A stretch of DNA of 39,375 bases from a virus (Duplodnaviria; Caudoviricetes). The notes beneath the pieces were generated by a model. It had not been told where the DNA came from and did not search any database. It saw nothing but the letters and a program-made list of their open reading frames with translations. The DNA lies in the IMG/VR virus record IMGVR_UViG_3300025670_000138, positions 1 to 39,375 of that record; one strand, 5' to 3'. The first letter of the stretch is position 1. Every line of letters begins with the position of its first letter. Positions 34,793 through 39,375 of this stretch are shown piece by piece. The position numbers and the translations under genes were made by a program.

Positions 34793-34804
34793 AGGAAATA
34801 AAAG

Positions 34805-35014
34805 ATGATTATCAAAAGCAACCAAGAGGCTATCACTTCAGCCCTAAGATCACTGGAAGAAGTCCAGATATACATTGAATCTAACTGCGCGCAGCTCTTC
34901 AAGTCTAACTCTTTGGGAGGAGATAGAGCAGCTGCAGCTTATAACTTAGAAGTACAAAAGGTCATTAGATTGAGAAGGCATATAAATGAGATCGAAGAGA
35001 TTCTGGAAGCTTAA
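34805..35014 (+). CDS. Early hypothetical protein
   Basis: AAGGA RBS; leader CTAAAGGAAATAAA shared with the preceding gene. Confidence 0.75.
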   Translation: MIIKSNQEAITSALRSLEEVQIYIESNCAQLFKSNSLGGDRAAAAYNLEVQKVIRLRRHINEIEEILEA

Positions 35015-35018
35015 GAGA

Positions 35019-35081
35019 CTGACAGGCCAAAATTAACCAAATTAAAATTTTAAGATAAACTTAAATTATAAATTAAATAAC
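35019..35081 (+). repeat. Early leader repeat, copy 2
   Basis: Matches 33897-33959. Confidence 0.8.
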
Positions 35082-35098
35082 AACTGAGAGAAAAAACT

Positions 35099-35332
35099 AT
35101 GAATACAAATCTAATTGAGATATACGAAAACAGAGCCATTCTTAACACTTCAGATGAAGAGAACCTAAGAGCCTTAGAGATACTACGTGACATCGTAGAA
35201 ACTATCGACACTATGCGTTTATGTGAGCATACCGAAGATGTGAACACCGTGCAGTTGATCTTCAAGGATCGCTTGTCTTTCGTAGGTACACCAAGGGGAG
35301 CACTTATGTTAACTGGAAAGGTGTTTAACTAA
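35099..35332 (+). CDS. Early hypothetical protein
   Basis: GAGAG upstream; stop overlaps the next start (TAATG). Confidence 0.75.
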   Translation: MNTNLIEIYENRAILNTSDEENLRALEILRDIVETIDTMRLCEHTEDVNTVQLIFKDRLSFVGTPRGALMLTGKVFN

Positions 35333-35676
35333 TGGAAACATTTGCAGAAATGAAGATACATGAAGAAATTCTACAAGGATTTTATGATAAATATTTAGAT
35401 ATCCCTGCTTATATTGAGGAACTTAAAGAAAGGGATGATGTCTATAGTGTTTTTATAGATAGCCATTCTTTCTTTATATTTTTCATTACAGAGGATGTTC
35501 TAGTTATAACAACATATATCCTACAGAAAGATGGTTTAAGGAGTTTTGGTCTAAGGTTTTCTAGAGCGAAGCAATTTATGGAGAATAACCCAAGTATAAA
35601 ATCCCAAATGGAGCAAGAAAAACTTTTAGAGCTAGTTAGTGATGATCAAGAAGAAAATATTCCTTTAGGATTGTAA
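35332..35676 (+). CDS. Early hypothetical protein
   Basis: Translationally coupled to the previous ORF; AAGGTG upstream. Confidence 0.75.
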   Translation: METFAEMKIHEEILQGFYDKYLDIPAYIEELKERDDVYSVFIDSHSFFIFFITEDVLVITTYILQKDGLRSFGLRFSRAKQFMENNPSIKSQMEQEKLLELVSDDQEENIPLGL

Positions 35677-35687
35677 AAATAAATTGA

Positions 35688-35758
35688 AATAAAAGTGGCA
35701 CAGAGAAAAACCAAGGCTAGACTTTATATAACTAAGGAAGTAAGAGACTCTTTAGTTA
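35688..35758 (+). promoter_or_regulatory. Early promoter 3 plus TAAGAG-loop hairpin 5
   Basis: TGGCAC (35696-35701), 16 nt, TAGACT (35718-35723); TAACTAAGGAAG-TAAGAG-ACTCTTTAGTTA (35729-35758). Confidence 0.8.
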
Positions 35759-35781
35759 AAAACCTAATAAATTAAATATAA

Positions 35782-36309
35782 ATGAGAGACAAAATTATGG
35801 ATTATTATAATAACAAAGCAGTAAACCCTAATGTATTAAATGGAAAGATTATCACTAAGATAGATGGTCTTTTTAAAGATTCTGTTGAGGTTGTTGTACA
35901 TACACAAGATGGATATATTTATGTATTTGCACATGATCAAGATTGCTGTGAGCACGTAGCACTTAATGATTATGAGCTGAGTGCTGAGAGTCTATCCGGA
36001 GGGTTGGTGGTTTCAGCAGAGGAAGTCCAAGGAATAGCTGAAGCTCCGGAAACTGATGAAAGTTACACATGGACCTTTTATAAGATAGAGACAAACAAAG
36101 GCGGCCTATGGATGCGATGGTTAGGGGAAAGCAGTGGATACTATAGTGAAGAAGTTTTATGTTATGTAATAAGTACACCAGAAGATGCTGATCTATTTGA
36201 AAATATACAAGAGCGTGATTCAACGCCTACTGAAGAGGAGATTAGAGAAGAAATTTTAGAAGTTGAAGTAGTGAAAGTAAAAGAGGTAGCAGATCTTTTC
36301 TTCAATTAA
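35782..36309 (+). CDS. Conserved phage protein of unknown function (HxQDCCE / TWTFYK / GYYSE family)
   Basis: Motifs HDQDCCEHV, ESYTWTFYKIET and RWLGES.GYYSE.V recur in diverse tailed phages (recognised from memory). Confidence 0.8.
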   Translation: MRDKIMDYYNNKAVNPNVLNGKIITKIDGLFKDSVEVVVHTQDGYIYVFAHDQDCCEHVALNDYELSAESLSGGLVVSAEEVQGIAEAPETDESYTWTFYKIETNKGGLWMRWLGESSGYYSEEVLCYVISTPEDADLFENIQERDSTPTEEEIREEILEVEVVKVKEVADLFFN

Positions 36310-36346
36310 AATTAAAAATGGCACAGAGAAAAACCAAAGCTAGACT
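36310..36346 (+). promoter_or_regulatory. Early promoter 4 (RNAP gene)
   Basis: TGGCAC (36319-36324), 16 nt, TAGACT (36341-36346); nearly identical to promoter 3. Confidence 0.8.
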
Positions 36347-36373
36347 TGTAAATAAGAAAAGAGATATTACATT

Positions 36374-36405
36374 AGGTTTCACGTTTTAAGAGAAGCGTGA
36401 AACCT
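36374..36405 (+). promoter_or_regulatory. TAAGAG-loop hairpin 6 (immediately upstream of RNAP)
   Basis: AGGTTTCACGTTT-TAAGAG-AAGCGTGAAACCT, 13 bp including one U-G. Confidence 0.85.
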
Positions 36406-36417
36406 TTATAAATAACA

Positions 36418-39375
36418 ATGAGAGAGACTATGGAAACTTTAGACGAAGAATTAATAAAAGAATATACAAAGGAAGCTTTGATTCAAGAGCAGATCGAAAG
36501 AGAAAAAGGCTTTATTAATGCAGGTGTAGCTCGAGCACATAAAAACAAAGAGAAAAGTTTTTCTGATTGTTCAGCAACAACTTATGTAATGTCTCATGCT
36601 ATCCCTTACGTTTCTGCGGAGCTTAAAGCACGCTATGAAGAGACACACATTGGACGAGCTATCGTTGCGGGTAACGCTTTTAAAAACCTAGTTGACGCTT
36701 TAGATAAAGATTATAACCTTATAGCTGCACTTTTGATCCAAAGCTCTATAGCTTTTTTAACGTCGCCATCTTTAATTAGAAAAACTAAATATAAAAATAA
36801 CGTTCAAGCTTTCTCTAGATATATCATTAGTGATCTAATCGATGAGGTTTACGCTAATCTTTTAGATTCTGCAGATAAATATGTATTACAAAGAGCTTTA
36901 ACACAAGCGAAAACCTTCAGAGAAGATCTAACAGAAGAGCTTAAAAAAGAATTAAGACGTCTGGAAGTTTCAGACTCTAAATTAAATCTAGTAGATGAAA
37001 TCACAAGGGATATTCGATCAGAAAATTCCTTGGATAAGATTGGGTCTTCACTTTTTGTGATGCTTTCGACTTTTAAGATATCTATTGAAGATGAAGAAGG
37101 GGAAATCATAACTGAGCCTTTGATCGTTATGTACAAACCTTTTGTGAAATCTGAAATACTTTTAAGATTGTCTGATGCTTTCCTTAGTTTTATCGAGAAA
37201 CAAACAGATAAATATGGAATGAAAGCACCTGTTAATATGCCTTCTATCGCGCCACTTAAGGATTGGACCTCAGTAAATCAAGGGGGATATCTTACGATCC
37301 AAGATAGTCTAGTGCGTACAAAGAATAAAGATCAAATCAGAGCTATCGATACTCTTATTGAAAATAAAAGATTACATAAGACTTTGCACACGGTTAATAC
37401 TTTACAGAAAACAGGATGGCGTGTAAATGCTGTTATGGCTAAGATCTTACGTGAAAAGATCGCGGACACTACAAAAAGAGATATTATCGTTAAAGCGGAT
37501 AATGTAGAAATTGATGAACCTTCATTAGATTGTAAATTTGCTTATAAGCAAGAAGATTCAGAAGATATTATCTATATGAATAAAAAGCTTTCAAAAGAAG
37601 AGAAGGAGTCTTTAAAAAATGATGGTTACATTAGATCAGCCAATGATGATAACGCAGAGGCTAAATCTTGGAGAGCCTATGCGTCTTCAATCGTAGCGAC
37701 TAACAAGGGATCAATTTTTTCTTCTAGATTACGTCTTAATGCTTTTGAAGATTTTATCAATGAGATGGAAGACTTTAAGGAATTTTACTACAGAATCGGT
37801 TTAGATTTTAGAGCTAGACTTTATTATGAAAATTGCCGTGGTGTTAATCCGCAGGGTGACGATCTAGGGAAAGCTCTGATTGAATTCTCAGAGGGTGAGA
37901 GATTAGGACCGCGTGGAACAACTAAAGGAGATGCTGGTTATAAATGGCTTTGTATTGATATAGCGAATAATCATGGCGAGGACGGGATTGATAAAGCTTT
38001 ATATGCTGATAGAGTTAAATGGGTTGAAGATAACATTGAGAAAATTCTAGAAGTATGCGAGAACCCACATAACAATGGGATGGTTTTAGCTGCAGGTAAA
38101 AAAACAAGATGGCAGTTTATTGCAGCATGTCATGAATTGAAGGGTTACCTTGCTGATCCAGAAAATTTTATGACACATAGAGCGATCAACGTTGATGGAA
38201 CTTGTAATGGGTCTCAACATTTCGCTGCGATGCTTAGAGAAGAAAAGGATGCACTTTTAGTTGCTATGTTTCCACAGAAGTCTGAAAAAGATTTATATGA
38301 GACTGTATCTATCAAGGTGCAAGAGAAAGTTAATCTTAAAATTTCTTTTATCGAAGAGAATCTGAAAGCATTCAATAAGCTTAAAGGAAGATATTCAAGA
38401 GGACTTAAAGCAGATTTTATGTCTACTTTTGCTCCTCAAGATTATGATCTTTTAGTTGAATTGGTTGGTAAGCATAAATTAAAATTTGCGACTATTAAAG
38501 ATTTTCAAGAAGACTTTGAAAACCTAAATAAATTTGTTGATAATTCTTTAACTAATCTTAAGATGCTAATTGATACAGAACAGATCAATCGGACTATCTG
38601 TAAGCGTCCAGCGATGACTAAAGCTTATTCTGTGACTCTTTTGGGTGTAGTAGATCAAACAGAAGATCTTTTAAGAGAGCGTTTGACAGATAAGAAAATT
38701 GTTATCGATAAGATGACTATTAGACCAATATCAGTTCTTGTTGGTAGATTTATTTTTGATGCTGTTTCAGAAGTGATTCCAGGAATTCAAAGAGGTCAAG
38801 ATTTCTTTACGTCTTGTGCTAAAGCTGTAAATGAAAGTGGCGGTAAAGATATTATTATTTTATCTCCAACGAATTTCCCAATGTATCAGTCTTCTAGGCT
38901 ACAAGATAAAGATAAAAGAGTTCAAGTTAAATCTGCGGGAAAAACTATTAGATTGTTCTTTAAAGGAGAGTCTAATGAATCGGTAGATAAAAGAGGGCAA
39001 GTCTCTGGGATTTCTCCACAGATTATCCATCTTTATGATGCTGCTGCTCTAACGAATACTGTTTATACGCTTTCTACTTCATTTTTACTTGAGTCTTTCT
39101 CTATGATTCATGATTCTTACGGTGTGCATGCGTGTCATGTAGATTTACTTCAGACTGTATTAAGATATGAATTTGTAGAAATCTATGAGACAAACCAATT
39201 AGAGCATATTAAAGGGTGTGTAAATAACCAGATAATGATGAATAATTCACAGACAACTTTAGAGAGTGGTAAAGTAATTGAAACAGAAAAGCACCAAGTG
39301 ACTACCGATACTGAAGATCTTTTAGGTTCTTTCGATATCTCTTCAGTTATCGATGCACCTTATTTTTTCTCTTAA
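36418..39375 (+). CDS. T7/T3-like single-subunit DNA-dependent RNA polymerase
   Basis: LDFRARLY, NPQG.DL.KAL..F, motif A DGTCNGSQH, motif B R...K..AMT..Y, motif C IHDSYG, C-terminal YFFS. Confidence 0.97.
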   Translation: MRETMETLDEELIKEYTKEALIQEQIEREKGFINAGVARAHKNKEKSFSDCSATTYVMSHAIPYVSAELKARYEETHIGRAIVAGNAFKNLVDALDKDYNLIAALLIQSSIAFLTSPSLIRKTKYKNNVQAFSRYIISDLIDEVYANLLDSADKYVLQRALTQAKTFREDLTEELKKELRRLEVSDSKLNLVDEITRDIRSENSLDKIGSSLFVMLSTFKISIEDEEGEIITEPLIVMYKPFVKSEILLRLSDAFLSFIEKQTDKYGMKAPVNMPSIAPLKDWTSVNQGGYLTIQDSLVRTKNKDQIRAIDTLIENKRLHKTLHTVNTLQKTGWRVNAVMAKILREKIADTTKRDIIVKADNVEIDEPSLDCKFAYKQEDSEDIIYMNKKLSKEEKESLKNDGYIRSANDDNAEAKSWRAYASSIVATNKGSIFSSRLRLNAFEDFINEMEDFKEFYYRIGLDFRARLYYENCRGVNPQGDDLGKALIEFSEGERLGPRGTTKGDAGYKWLCIDIANNHGEDGIDKALYADRVKWVEDNIEKILEVCENPHNNGMVLAAGKKTRWQFIAACHELKGYLADPENFMTHRAINVDGTCNGSQHFAAMLREEKDALLVAMFPQKSEKDLYETVSIKVQEKVNLKISFIEENLKAFNKLKGRYSRGLKADFMSTFAPQDYDLLVELVGKHKLKFATIKDFQEDFENLNKFVDNSLTNLKMLIDTEQINRTICKRPAMTKAYSVTLLGVVDQTEDLLRERLTDKKIVIDKMTIRPISVLVGRFIFDAVSEVIPGIQRGQDFFTSCAKAVNESGGKDIIILSPTNFPMYQSSRLQDKDKRVQVKSAGKTIRLFFKGESNESVDKRGQVSGISPQIIHLYDAAALTNTVYTLSTSFLLESFSMIHDSYGVHACHVDLLQTVLRYEFVEIYETNQLEHIKGCVNNQIMMNNSQTTLESGKVIETEKHQVTTDTEDLLGSFDISSVIDAPYFFS

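Larger units (their letters stand above)
1798..39375 (+). mobile_element. T7-like (Autographiviridae-type) prophage integrated at tRNA-Phe; right boundary outside window
   Basis: att fragment, integrase, complete syntenic T7-like replication and virion modules, and single-subunit RNAP; no frameshifts in core genes. Confidence 0.95.

Noticed and set aside
35003-35025. Seventh TAAGAG hairpin
   Set aside because: TAAGAG is present but the flanks pair only weakly, with bulges.
5273-36324. Sigma54 promoters suggested by TGGCAC
   Set aside because: No TTGC -12 element 5 nt downstream in any copy; two copies read TTGCAC/TTACAC, and all have a -10 hexamer at sigma70-family spacing.
96-37136. Short overlapping ORFs in the track (96, 1558, 3912, 5652, 6733, 9381, 11798, 13537, 13879, 14338, 14851, 19829, 21145, 21846, 23974, 31063, 31975, 35050, 35963, 36849)
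   Set aside because: Antisense or out-of-frame shadows of well-supported genes, or intergenic ORFs with no RBS or recognisable motif.

Overview
Positions 1-1797 are host chromosome: a membrane-bound GGDEF diguanylate cyclase, a REP/MITE-like palindrome and a tRNA terminator. From 1798 to the window end is an apparently intact prophage of a T7-like podovirus (Autographiviridae-type) integrated at a tRNA-Phe(GAA) gene. The 3' 50 bp of the tRNA form the att core next to a tyrosine integrase. The T7 gene order follows (SSB, endonuclease I, amidase, primase-helicase, DNA polymerase, exonuclease, portal, scaffold, capsid, tail tubes, internal virion proteins, tail fibre, terminases), then two morons, a probable virion-terminus region, small early genes and a 985-aa single-subunit RNA polymerase. 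The map is therefore permuted, with att between RNAP and integrase; the second att should lie just beyond the window. No CI-like repressor is visible. The strongest candidate for an undescribed system is a possible regulatory circuit with three parts: (i) six stem-loops with different stems but the same TAAGAG loop, upstream of RNAP, SSB, primase-helicase, two early genes and a small HTH gene; (ii) five conserved host-type promoters with a GCTA(G/T)ACT -10 box; (iii) a 65-aa winged-HTH gene with such a promoter, bracketed by two of the hairpins. A duplicated ~270-bp cassette carries the only two recognisable phage-RNAP promoters. All family assignments come from motif recognition by eye; no database search was run.
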